From IMG/VR virus record IMGVR_UViG_3300032288_001234, positions 1 through 42,347 of that record: 42,347 nt of DNA; one strand, 5' to 3'. Below the pieces are notes generated by a model. The model saw only the letters and a list, made by a program, of their open reading frames with translations. It was not told where the DNA came from and ran no database searches. Position 1 is the stretch's first letter, and every line of letters starts with the position of its first letter. Below, piece by piece: positions 8,396 through 17,235 of the stretch. The translations under genes were made by a program, and so were the position numbers. The DNA comes from a virus (taxonomy: Duplodnaviria > Caudoviricetes).

Positions 8396-8740
8396 ATGAG
8401 CACATTCGATCCGCTGGACCTGCGAGGCCAGGAGCGCGACAAGGAGCAATCTGAGGAGCGCAAGAAGCTGGCCCTGCAAAACGAGCAGGACGATTTCAAG
8501 TGGCTCATGAGCAGCAAAAGGGGTCGCCGGATTGTCTGGCGACTGTTGGAGCGCACTGGTGTGTACCGCAGTTCGTTTACAGGCAACAGCGAGACGTTCT
8601 TCAGAGAAGGTCAGCGCAATGTCGGTCTGATGCTAATGGCACAGATTAACGAATTCTCTCCAGACCAGTACGCGTTAATGCTCAAGGAGCAGCAAGATGG
8701 CAGAAAGCATGATGACGGATCCGGGCGCAACCACCACTGA
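8396..8740 (+). CDS. Bbp19-like head protein
   Basis: WLMSSKRGRRIVWRLL..FFREGQRNVGL motif; upstream of the scaffold. Confidence 0.8.
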   Translation: MSTFDPLDLRGQERDKEQSEERKKLALQNEQDDFKWLMSSKRGRRIVWRLLERTGVYRSSFTGNSETFFREGQRNVGLMLMAQINEFSPDQYALMLKEQQDGRKHDDGSGRNHH

Positions 8741-9365
8741 AGCCCAGCCTACATCGACGGCTGCAACGGAAGCGGCAACGTCCACGACCGAAGCAACCAC
8801 CCAGCAGCAAGCAACCGAAGGCACGACTGCAAACACCACGACAGATGCTGGTGATGCGCAGAAGACCGACGGCGAACAGAGCAAAACCGGCGACAAACCG
8901 ACCGGCGCGCCTGAAAAGTACGAGTTCTCTTTGCCCGACGGATTCCAAATGGATGAAGCGGGACTACAAGCGTTCTCGGACTTCGCCAAGGATCTTGACA
9001 TGCCGCAGGAGGCTGCTCAGAAGATGCTCGAAAAGATGGGACCAGTCATGCAACAACGCCAGGCTGACGCCATCTCCGCTGTGCAAAACCAGTGGAAGGA
9101 AGCATCGACCTCCGACAAGGAGTTCGGCGGCGAGAAGCTGACCGAAAACCTTGCAGTGGCCAAGAAGGCGCTCGACACCTTTGGCACTCCGGAGCTGAAC
9201 AAGCTGCTGAAAGAAACCGGCTTGGGCAACAACCCCGAAATCATCCGGGCGTTCTACCGGGCGGGTAAGGCAATCAGTGAGGATTCGTTCGTTGCAGGCA
9301 GCCAAGGCAGGCAGGCAAGCGGGCGAGATCCAGCGAAGTCTCTGTATCCGAATCAGCAATCTTAA
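8697..9365 (+). CDS. Capsid scaffolding protein
   Basis: Low-complexity T/A/E N-terminus; APEKYEF; GLGNNPEIIRAFYRAGKAISED; precedes MCP; AAGGAG RBS. Confidence 0.8.
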   Translation: MAESMMTDPGATTTEAQPTSTAATEAATSTTEATTQQQATEGTTANTTTDAGDAQKTDGEQSKTGDKPTGAPEKYEFSLPDGFQMDEAGLQAFSDFAKDLDMPQEAAQKMLEKMGPVMQQRQADAISAVQNQWKEASTSDKEFGGEKLTENLAVAKKALDTFGTPELNKLLKETGLGNNPEIIRAFYRAGKAISEDSFVAGSQGRQASGRDPAKSLYPNQQS

Positions 9366-9383
9366 TTTGAAAGGAAGCACATC

Positions 9384-10403
9384 ATGGCAACTCTCGCCAC
9401 CACTGCTCTGACCCTCGCGGATTGGGCAAAACGTATTGACCCAGAAGGCAAGGTTCCAACCATTGCCGAGCTGCTGTCGCAGTCGAACGAAATCCTCGAG
9501 GACTGCGTGTTCATGGAAGGCAACCTGCCGACCGGCCACCGCTCAGTCATTCGTACGGGTCTGCCGACCGTCTACTGGCGTGCGATCAACCAGGGTATCC
9601 CAACTTCAAAGAGCACCACTGCACAGGTTGATGAAGCCTGCGGCATGCTGGAAGCCTATTCCGAGGTGGACAAGGACCTGGCTGAACTGAACGGTAACAC
9701 TGGTCAGTTCCGTCTGTCGGAAGACACCGCGTTCCTGGAAGCAATGAACCAGACGCAAGCGCAGACCCTGTTCTACGGTAACCCAGGCACCGACCCGAAG
9801 CAGTTCCTGGGTCTGGCCACTCGCTACAGCTCGACTTCTGCCGGCAACGGTCAGAACATTCTGCTCGCTGGCGGCTCCGGTTCCGACAACACCTCGATCT
9901 ACCTGGTCGTGTGGGGTGAGAACACCGTGTTCTGCCCGTTCCCGAAAGGCTCGAAGGCTGGTCTGAACCACGAAGATCTGGGCATTAACACTGTGTGGGA
10001 TTCGGCTGGTGCGCGTTACCAGGCTTATCGTACCCACTACCAGTGGAAAAACGGCCTGGTCGTCAAAGACTGGCGCTATGTCGTTCGCATCGCCAACATC
10101 GATGTGTCCGATCTGATTGGTCAGACTGGCACGCAGGCAGCATCGGCATCGACCGCAATCATCAAGCTGATGGCACGCGCTTTGTACCGCATCCCGAACA
10201 TGGCCATGGGTCGTGCAGCGTTCTATATGAACCGCACTGTCCACTCTGGTCTGGCTCTGGCTGCAATGGACAAGTCGCAGTATGTCCTGAAGATCGAGCA
10301 AGGTCTGACGCAGTTCGGTCAACCATCGAGCTGGCTCTCGTTCCTGGGAGTTCCGCTGCGTCGCGTTGATTCGCTGCTCAACACTGAATCGCTCGTGTCC
10401 TAA
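9384..10403 (+). CDS. Major capsid protein (BPP-1 Bbp17-like)
   Basis: TLADWAKR..ELLSQSNEILED..RTGLPT..DWRYVVRIANID; AAAGGA RBS. Confidence 0.93.
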   Translation: MATLATTALTLADWAKRIDPEGKVPTIAELLSQSNEILEDCVFMEGNLPTGHRSVIRTGLPTVYWRAINQGIPTSKSTTAQVDEACGMLEAYSEVDKDLAELNGNTGQFRLSEDTAFLEAMNQTQAQTLFYGNPGTDPKQFLGLATRYSSTSAGNGQNILLAGGSGSDNTSIYLVVWGENTVFCPFPKGSKAGLNHEDLGINTVWDSAGARYQAYRTHYQWKNGLVVKDWRYVVRIANIDVSDLIGQTGTQAASASTAIIKLMARALYRIPNMAMGRAAFYMNRTVHSGLALAAMDKSQYVLKIEQGLTQFGQPSSWLSFLGVPLRRVDSLLNTESLVS

Positions 10404-10431
10404 TCCATCAGAAACGAAAGGAAACTGAACC

Positions 10432-10866
10432 ATGATTACTGATAAATTCCTGCGTGTCTCTGATGCGCAAGCTCTCACCACTACGGCTGTTTCGACCGAC
10501 AAGGTCGATCTGTCGCAGGCCCGTGACATTGGCGAAGGCGAAGACCTGTACATGGTCTTTACCGTTGGCACTGCGCTGGCTGGTGGTACGTCGGTCAACT
10601 TCCAAGTGACCGTTGCGGATGATGCTGCGTTGAGCACCAACGCAACCACCATCGGCATGTCGGGCGTGATCCTGACTGCGGCTCTCACGGCTGGCGCACA
10701 GTTTCTGGTGCGTCTGAACCCGCAGATCGCGGCATTAGGTCGTCGTTACCTTGGCGCAACCTACACCATCGTTGGCACGTTCAGCGCAGGTACGGTTACC
10801 GCTGACATCGTCACCGACATCCAAGACGGTCGTAAATACTACGCTTCCGGCTTCTCAGTCGTTTAA
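10432..10866 (+). CDS. Capsid cement protein (Bbp16-like)
   Basis: MITDKFLRVSDAQALT..STDKVDL..RDIGEG..RRYLG; directly after MCP. Confidence 0.85.
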   Translation: MITDKFLRVSDAQALTTTAVSTDKVDLSQARDIGEGEDLYMVFTVGTALAGGTSVNFQVTVADDAALSTNATTIGMSGVILTAALTAGAQFLVRLNPQIAALGRRYLGATYTIVGTFSAGTVTADIVTDIQDGRKYYASGFSVV

Positions 10867-10881
10867 TCAGGAGATACAACA

Positions 10882-11088
10882 ATGGCGCGATACCGAGTTC
10901 TTACAACATCGTTCATCAACAACTCAATTCAGGAAGAGGGTGCGATCGTCGAGTATGACGGCAGACCTGGTAGCAACCTGGAGCTGGTCGAAGATGGCGA
11001 CAAGCCAGAGCCTCAAAAGGGCAAGGGCAAGAAGGGCGCGGTCGCGTCAGCTCCTGACGATGCAGCCAATGTTTTTGGCGGTGAGTAA
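10882..11088 (+). CDS. Small hypothetical head-region protein
   Basis: AGGAG RBS; 68 aa; followed by a terminator. Confidence 0.7.
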   Translation: MARYRVLTTSFINNSIQEEGAIVEYDGRPGSNLELVEDGDKPEPQKGKGKKGAVASAPDDAANVFGGE

Positions 11089-11106
11089 GCAGTAAGCAGC
11101 AACACG

Positions 11107-11137
11107 ATGGGGGGCCTGTTGCGCCCCCCATTTTTTT
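11107..11137 (+). terminator. Rho-independent terminator after the capsid genes
   Basis: ATGGGGGGC-CTGTTGC-GCCCCCCAT followed by a T tract. Confidence 0.85.
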
Positions 11138-11150
11138 AGTCGAGGCGAGC

Positions 11151-11819
11151 ATGGCATCTGAAGTAGACATCTGCAATATTGCGCTCTCACACCTTGGCGA
11201 TGTAGCCAACGTGTCGTCGATCAATCCTCCAGAGGGTAGCGCGCAGGCGCAGCATTGTGCTCGCTTCTATCCGATCGCTCGAGATGCACTTCTTGAGATG
11301 CACACTTGGGGCTTTGCCACCAAGCGCATTACGCTGTCACTGCTATCGAATGAGCTTGAGCAGTGGAAGTATGTCTACCAGGCACCCAGCGACGCGCTGG
11401 CCATCATAGCTGTGCTTGCGCCAGATGCGATGGACGACTACAGCCAAGACCTGCCGGTGCCATACACGCAGGTCGGCATTGTCAATACAGGCCAGGGTTT
11501 GTACACCCCGCAGCCGTTTGAGGTTGAGACGCTGCAAGACGGAACATCCGTCATCTATTCCAACCAGGAAGACGCCACTCTGCGATATACGGTAAAGATC
11601 ACCGACACCTCAGAGTTCTCGCCGCTGTTTACCAGCGCGCTCACGCACTTGCTGGCTTCCTATCTTGCCGGACCGATTCTAAAGGGCGAGGTCGGTCGAG
11701 CTGAAGCCAAAGGCCAGATGCAACTGTTCCAGGCTTTCTATTCCAGGGCCACTGCGTCTGATGCAGGCCAGCGTCGAATCGTGATGAAGCAATCAACGCC
11801 ATGGATGGCAGGAAGGTAA
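11151..11819 (+). CDS. Tail adaptor (tail tubular protein A-like)
   Basis: SEVDICNIALSHLG..HTWGFATKR..FSPLFTSALTHLLASYLA motifs. Confidence 0.85.
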   Translation: MASEVDICNIALSHLGDVANVSSINPPEGSAQAQHCARFYPIARDALLEMHTWGFATKRITLSLLSNELEQWKYVYQAPSDALAIIAVLAPDAMDDYSQDLPVPYTQVGIVNTGQGLYTPQPFEVETLQDGTSVIYSNQEDATLRYTVKITDTSEFSPLFTSALTHLLASYLAGPILKGEVGRAEAKGQMQLFQAFYSRATASDAGQRRIVMKQSTPWMAGR

Positions 11820-11822
11820 GTC

Positions 11823-12173
11823 ATGGATCTCGCCGACATCCTCTATCCAAACCAGGGCAAAGACTACGGCAGCAGGCCCGATGGCACCAAGAAAGGCCGC
11901 GGGTTCCTGGGCGAGATGCAACGTCCAGACGGAGATGTTTCTACCGAGATCTCGGCAGGCTTTGAGATTGACGGCAAGGAGATGGATATTCCGCTGATGG
12001 TCCCTGGCTTGACTAAGAAGGAGCTGGATTACCTGCTCAATGCCGACACCGAAGGCGAAGATTTTTTCAAGAACATGCCTGACTCAATCCCAGAAAAAGC
12101 GATTGATCATGCTAAGAAGCGCATGAAAGAAGGCAAGAGCGTGTTCTATGTAGACGGAGAGGACGACAAGTAA
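11823..12173 (+). CDS. Hypothetical protein between adaptor and nozzle
   Basis: 116-aa ORF filling the gap; TAATG overlap with the next gene. Confidence 0.7.
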   Translation: MDLADILYPNQGKDYGSRPDGTKKGRGFLGEMQRPDGDVSTEISAGFEIDGKEMDIPLMVPGLTKKELDYLLNADTEGEDFFKNMPDSIPEKAIDHAKKRMKEGKSVFYVDGEDDK

Positions 12174-14734
12174 TGGCCAACATCCGCACGCTCGAGCGAT
12201 CCTTTGGTGGTGGTGAGCTGACACCGGAGTTCTTTGGCCGCATCGACGATGTGAAGTACCAGTCCGGCCTGGCCACTTGCCGCAACTTCATCGTCCTGCC
12301 GCACGGCCCTGTCACCAATCGACCAGGCACGCAGTATGTGCGCGAGGTAAAAACCAGCGCTAAAAAAACTAGGCTGATCCCGTTTAGTTTTAGCACCACG
12401 CAAACCATGGTTCTCGAGTTTGGCGAACAGTACATCCGATTTCATACCAACGGTGCCACGCTACTATCGGGCGGCGCGCCCTATGAGGTGACTACGCCGT
12501 ATCTCGAAGCAGATCTGTTCGATCTGCACTATGTTCAGTCTGCCGATGTGCTCACAATCTGCCATCCAAACTATGCGCCGCGTGAATTGAAGAGGATCAG
12601 CTCCACGAGCTGGACCCTGACTGCGCCCAGCTTTGCTCCTGCACTCACAGCACCGTCGGTCAGCGTGAGCGGAAACGCAAAGGGCACCGATTACTTTTAT
12701 CAATACGTTGTCACCAGTGTGACCGACAAGGGCCTGAGCGAGTCGCTCGCATCAAACCCTGCGCAGGGCGCATCGAAAGCCATTACCGCGATCACAAAGG
12801 CGAATCCTGGTGTGATTACCACATCGACTGCGCACGGCTTTGCGATCGGTCAATCTGTTTTTATTAAAGATGTGGTCGGCATGACCCAGTTGAACAACAA
12901 CTACTACGTTGTCAAGACGGTGCCAACCACCACGACCTTTACGCTCGAAGACAGCGCCGGCAACGTCATCAACACCACAAGCTATTCGACCTATGTCTCA
13001 GGCGGCCTGGTCTACATCTCAGGCGTCAAAAACAACTTGTTTGTCACAGGTGGTGCAAACACAATCACTTGGACCGATGTAGCCGGTGCCACCGCATACA
13101 ACATCTACAAGTTCAGCGGCGGTTTATACGGCTACATTGGCCAGACCACCGGCACATCGTTCACAGACGACAACATCACTGCAGACGTCAGCAAGACGCC
13201 GCCGCTGTACGACACGCTGTTTGGGTCAAGCAGCAATTACCCAGGCGCGGTTTCTTACTTTGAGCAGCGTCGCTGCTTTGCCGGCACGATCAACGAGCCG
13301 CAGAATATATGGATGACTAAGTCGGGCACAGAGTCGAACATGACCTACTCGCTGCCGACGCTGGACACCGATTCGATCAGCTTTCGCGTGGCAGCGCGTG
13401 AAGCAAACACGATCCGACACATTGTGCCGCTGAACAACCTGGTCCTGCTAACCAGCTCCGCTGAGTGGCGCGTGACATCGGTCAACAGCGACGCGCTCAC
13501 ACCAAGCACCGTATCGGTCAAGCCGCAGTCCTACATTGGCGCATCTAACGTGCAGCCGGTGATCGTGAACAACAACCTGATCTATGGTGCAGCTCGAGGC
13601 GGTCACATGCGCGAGCTGGCTTACAACTGGCAGGCTTCCGGCTACGTCACAGGTGACCTGTGCCTGCGAGCACCGCACCTCTTTGATGGCTACACCGTGG
13701 TCGATCTGGCCTACGGCAAGTCACCGCAGCCGGTGGTGTGGGCAGTTTCATCTAATGGCCTGCTCTTGGGCCTGACCTATGTGCCCGAGCAGCAGGTCGG
13801 TGCCTGGCACCATCACGACACAGACGGTACTTTTGAGAGCTGCTGCGTGGTCGCAGAGGGCGATGAAGACCGGTTGTATGTGGTCGTCAAGCGCACCGTG
13901 AACGGTGCCACCAAGCGGTTTGTTGAGCGCATGTCCAGCCGGTTCTTTAGCAGCCAGGCTGACGCGTTCTTTGTGGACAACGGCGCGACCTACAATGGCA
14001 CCAACACCAGCGCGACCACGGTCACGGTGACTGGCGGCACGACCTGGGGCCCAGCCGATCTGCTGACTATCACGGCCAGCTCGGCGATCTTTGCCTACCC
14101 GGCACAGACCGATGTCAACGACGCCATTGTGCTCACCGCAACAGATGGCACGACATATCGCTTGACGATCGTCAGCACGACCAGCACGACGGTCGCTCAA
14201 GCGCGCGTGGACAATACACTACCCGCAGCTTATCGGAGCACGGCCACAGCGTCCTACGGCTTTGCGCGGGATTCGATCAGTGGCCTGACTTGGCTCGAGG
14301 GCAAGACGGTCAACATCCTGGCTGACGGTGCCGTGCATCCGCAGCGCGTGGTGACCAGCGGTTCGATCAGCCTGGACCAGGCAAGCACTAAGGTCCAGGT
14401 TGGCCTGCCGATCATTGCAGATCTGCAGACACTGCCCTGGGCTGCCCAGATCGATGCAGCCTTCGGCCAGGGCCGCATGAAGAACGTCAACAAGATCTGG
14501 CTGCGCGTGTTCCGCTCAAGCGGCATCTTTGCAGGGCCTGATGCCAACAACCTTACCGAAGCCAAGCAGCGCACTACCGAGCCATACGGAACCCCGCCGG
14601 AGCTGAAATCCCAGGAAATCGAGATTGTGATCAGCCCGTCGTGGAACGATTCGGGCCAAGTCTTTATTCGCCAGTCAGACCCACTGCCATTGACCGCGGT
14701 GTCGATGACGCTGGAAGTCTCAATCGGCGGCTGA
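12173..14734 (+). CDS. Tail nozzle (tail tubular protein B-like)
   Basis: SFGGGELTP..RPGT..RLIPFSFSTTQ..YPGAVSYFEQR..AWHHH..PLPLT motifs. Confidence 0.9.
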   Translation: MANIRTLERSFGGGELTPEFFGRIDDVKYQSGLATCRNFIVLPHGPVTNRPGTQYVREVKTSAKKTRLIPFSFSTTQTMVLEFGEQYIRFHTNGATLLSGGAPYEVTTPYLEADLFDLHYVQSADVLTICHPNYAPRELKRISSTSWTLTAPSFAPALTAPSVSVSGNAKGTDYFYQYVVTSVTDKGLSESLASNPAQGASKAITAITKANPGVITTSTAHGFAIGQSVFIKDVVGMTQLNNNYYVVKTVPTTTTFTLEDSAGNVINTTSYSTYVSGGLVYISGVKNNLFVTGGANTITWTDVAGATAYNIYKFSGGLYGYIGQTTGTSFTDDNITADVSKTPPLYDTLFGSSSNYPGAVSYFEQRRCFAGTINEPQNIWMTKSGTESNMTYSLPTLDTDSISFRVAAREANTIRHIVPLNNLVLLTSSAEWRVTSVNSDALTPSTVSVKPQSYIGASNVQPVIVNNNLIYGAARGGHMRELAYNWQASGYVTGDLCLRAPHLFDGYTVVDLAYGKSPQPVVWAVSSNGLLLGLTYVPEQQVGAWHHHDTDGTFESCCVVAEGDEDRLYVVVKRTVNGATKRFVERMSSRFFSSQADAFFVDNGATYNGTNTSATTVTVTGGTTWGPADLLTITASSAIFAYPAQTDVNDAIVLTATDGTTYRLTIVSTTSTTVAQARVDNTLPAAYRSTATASYGFARDSISGLTWLEGKTVNILADGAVHPQRVVTSGSISLDQASTKVQVGLPIIADLQTLPWAAQIDAAFGQGRMKNVNKIWLRVFRSSGIFAGPDANNLTEAKQRTTEPYGTPPELKSQEIEIVISPSWNDSGQVFIRQSDPLPLTAVSMTLEVSIGG

Positions 14735-14739
14735 TCGTA

Positions 14740-14771
14740 GTACGCGTGACCATGCCTTTGCTGGGTATGGT
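14740..14771 (+). promoter_or_regulatory. Putative late promoter, copy 3
   Basis: GTACGCGTGA-N16-TATGGT, intergenic. Confidence 0.7.
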
Positions 14772-14800
14772 TACGTCAATTTGATTGGGGACACTTCGTC

Positions 14801-15400
14801 ATGACCTTTTCGTTGATGGGATCGCAAACAAACGACCAGAGTGTAGATGTGGTCGCTAAAAGCGGCGGCTCCTGGTTCAGCAATTTCCAAGTTTCGCCCG
14901 CGGTCGGCCCCATCCTCTCGACCTTTGGCGCGATCAATGGCGCGATCGGTAGCTACTACCAGTCGCAGGCCATGGCTAACAACCTGGAGTTCCAGGCTGA
15001 CATGGCCAAGATCAACGCCGGCATTGCAGAGAGCAATGCGCAGGCGGTGTTGCTCTCAGGTCAACGTGCCCAGCAAAACGTGCGGCTACGCACGGCCAAG
15101 ATCAAGGCAGCGCAGCGCGTTGGCATGGCTGCCAACGGCGTGGACTTAGGCTCCAGAAGCGCCATCAATCTACAGACCACCACCGACACCATGGGCGAGA
15201 TCGATGCTCAGACTGTTGAGAACAACGCAATAAGAGCGGCATTCGGCTATCGGAACCAGTCGGTCAATGACTTGAACACAGCTCGCTTGGCTAATTCTGT
15301 GGCTGATGGCATTAACCCTTTTGGCTCCGCAACCAGTTCGCTCTTGGGCAATGCCGGCAGCGTAGCGTCAAGCTGGTACAAATACGCAAAGGGTCAATAA
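14801..15400 (+). CDS. Internal virion (ejection) protein, small
   Basis: AAQRVGMAANGVDLGSRSA motif; Ala/Gln/Asn-rich; first of three core genes. Confidence 0.75.
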   Translation: MTFSLMGSQTNDQSVDVVAKSGGSWFSNFQVSPAVGPILSTFGAINGAIGSYYQSQAMANNLEFQADMAKINAGIAESNAQAVLLSGQRAQQNVRLRTAKIKAAQRVGMAANGVDLGSRSAINLQTTTDTMGEIDAQTVENNAIRAAFGYRNQSVNDLNTARLANSVADGINPFGSATSSLLGNAGSVASSWYKYAKGQ

Positions 15401-17227
15401 ATGCCTCGAGTTCCTACCTACGACCAGTTCCAGGTCCAAGTTTCAGACGCAGCGCAGCCGCGCTTTTCATCGCCGGACATGCCGATTGTGGCCGGCAAAG
15501 ACGCACTCGCCCTAGGCGAGGGAATGATGAAAACGGCGAGCGCGGCTGATCAGTACGCTGAGAAGATGCGCGAAGAGGCTGACCAGCTTCGCGTGATCGA
15601 CGCCACCAACGAAGCGGTCAAAGCGCAGCTAGGTCTGACGTATGACAAGACAAACGGGTTTCTGAATTTTAAAGGTAAGCAGGCGCTTGAGCGCCCAGAC
15701 AACACGCCGCTTGATGTTGAGTACACCAAAAAGCTTGAGAACCAGTTCGGCATCATTGAGGAAAAACTAGGCAACGATCGTCAGAAAAAATTGTTCCGTC
15801 AGGCTGCGGCAGGCATTCAGCGCCAGTTCATGGCAAGCATCAATTCGCATGTGGCTGCCGAATACAAGGACTGGCAAGTTAGCGTGCAGAACAGCACGAT
15901 CGAGATTGCCGGCCAAAAGATGGGCCTGGACTATGGCAACCCCAAAGTAGTGAAAGAGCAGCAGCGCATTATCGGCGCGGCACAGCAAAAGCGGGACGAG
16001 CAACTGCCAGAGGAAGAGCGGGAAGCAAACCTGATCAAGGCGCTTAGTCCTGGCAACACCACCGTGGTGATGTCGGCAATCAAAGCGGGCGACTTCGATT
16101 ACGCGAAGAAGTTTTTTGAGGACAACAAAGCAAACTTCACCAACGCAGCGCGCCTGGAAATTGAAGGACAGCTCAACGTCGCGCCCAAGCAGGCAGCGGC
16201 AATTCAGCTCGTCGATAAGGCTGTGGCTGAGTTTGGCAACGACTGGACAAAAGCAGAGCAGTACATCCTGGACAACTCACGCACCGACCCGACGAAGCTT
16301 GCCAATGCGCGCGCTGAATTGTCGCACCGTCGTTCTGTGTATGAAGTTGATTTCACGCGCAGGACTTCGCAGAACAAGGGACAGCTCTTGCAAATGATTG
16401 AAGGCAATGTGAGCTGGAAGGATGTGCTGAAGTCTGGTCAGTACACAGCACTGCAAGATGCAGACCGGCTTGGATCACCCAATGCCGCGGCAGATCTTGC
16501 GTCAGTAAAGAACTATTTCGATGCGCACCAGGCAGAGCTTAAAGCCAGGGCGAGCAATGCGCCGCTCGATCTGGCTGCCTACGCAAAGATTGCGAACCCT
16601 GAGTTCGTGACGAAGGTCGCAAAAATGAACACGGTCGATGCAGTGGCTGAAGCAAAGCGGATGTTTCCGAACAACCCGCAAATGCAAAAGCACGTTATCG
16701 ATCTGCGCTTTCAGGCGCTCAACGGTATTGAAACAGCAAACGACAAGATCATCACCGATAGCATTAAGGCAGCAAAGACGGCCAGCGATCTAGACTACGA
16801 AAGCGTCAATCGCCTGGTCACTGATCGACTCAGCTCAATCGAAATCAATCCGCATCCAAGCAACTCCGACACAGCGGAGCTGACGCGCATTGGCGCTGTG
16901 CGCCAGTTTGTACAGCAGGAAGTGTTGAAAGAGCAGCAGCGCGTCGGTCACAAATTGACTGATGAAGAGATGACCAAGAAGGTCAACAAGCTCTTTGCTA
17001 CCGGCATCAAGTTCAATGTCACCGGTACGTTCGGCGGCAAATCGACACAAGTTATTCCGATGCTCAAGATCAACCGAATTAAAGATCTCCCCGAAGGTGC
17101 GGCTGATGGAATTCGTAAAGCACTGCGCGACGAGCGCGCAAAACAAGGCATCTACAGTGAGCCTTCAGATACCGATGTATTGATTCGGTATTGGGAAATG
17201 GATCGTTCGGAAAAACCAAAGCGTTAA
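15401..17227 (+). CDS. Internal virion (ejection) protein, middle
   Basis: MPRVPTY N-terminus; helical composition; position between the small and giant core genes. Confidence 0.7.
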   Translation: MPRVPTYDQFQVQVSDAAQPRFSSPDMPIVAGKDALALGEGMMKTASAADQYAEKMREEADQLRVIDATNEAVKAQLGLTYDKTNGFLNFKGKQALERPDNTPLDVEYTKKLENQFGIIEEKLGNDRQKKLFRQAAAGIQRQFMASINSHVAAEYKDWQVSVQNSTIEIAGQKMGLDYGNPKVVKEQQRIIGAAQQKRDEQLPEEEREANLIKALSPGNTTVVMSAIKAGDFDYAKKFFEDNKANFTNAARLEIEGQLNVAPKQAAAIQLVDKAVAEFGNDWTKAEQYILDNSRTDPTKLANARAELSHRRSVYEVDFTRRTSQNKGQLLQMIEGNVSWKDVLKSGQYTALQDADRLGSPNAAADLASVKNYFDAHQAELKARASNAPLDLAAYAKIANPEFVTKVAKMNTVDAVAEAKRMFPNNPQMQKHVIDLRFQALNGIETANDKIITDSIKAAKTASDLDYESVNRLVTDRLSSIEINPHPSNSDTAELTRIGAVRQFVQQEVLKEQQRVGHKLTDEEMTKKVNKLFATGIKFNVTGTFGGKSTQVIPMLKINRIKDLPEGAADGIRKALRDERAKQGIYSEPSDTDVLIRYWEMDRSEKPKR

Positions 17228-17235
17228 GGATAAAA

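Noticed and set aside
9606-10688. 360-aa antisense ORF over MCP, and similar ones at 6710-7669, 22414-23286 and 23806-24522
   Set aside because: Typical antisense shadows of GC3-biased genes, with no motifs or convincing RBS
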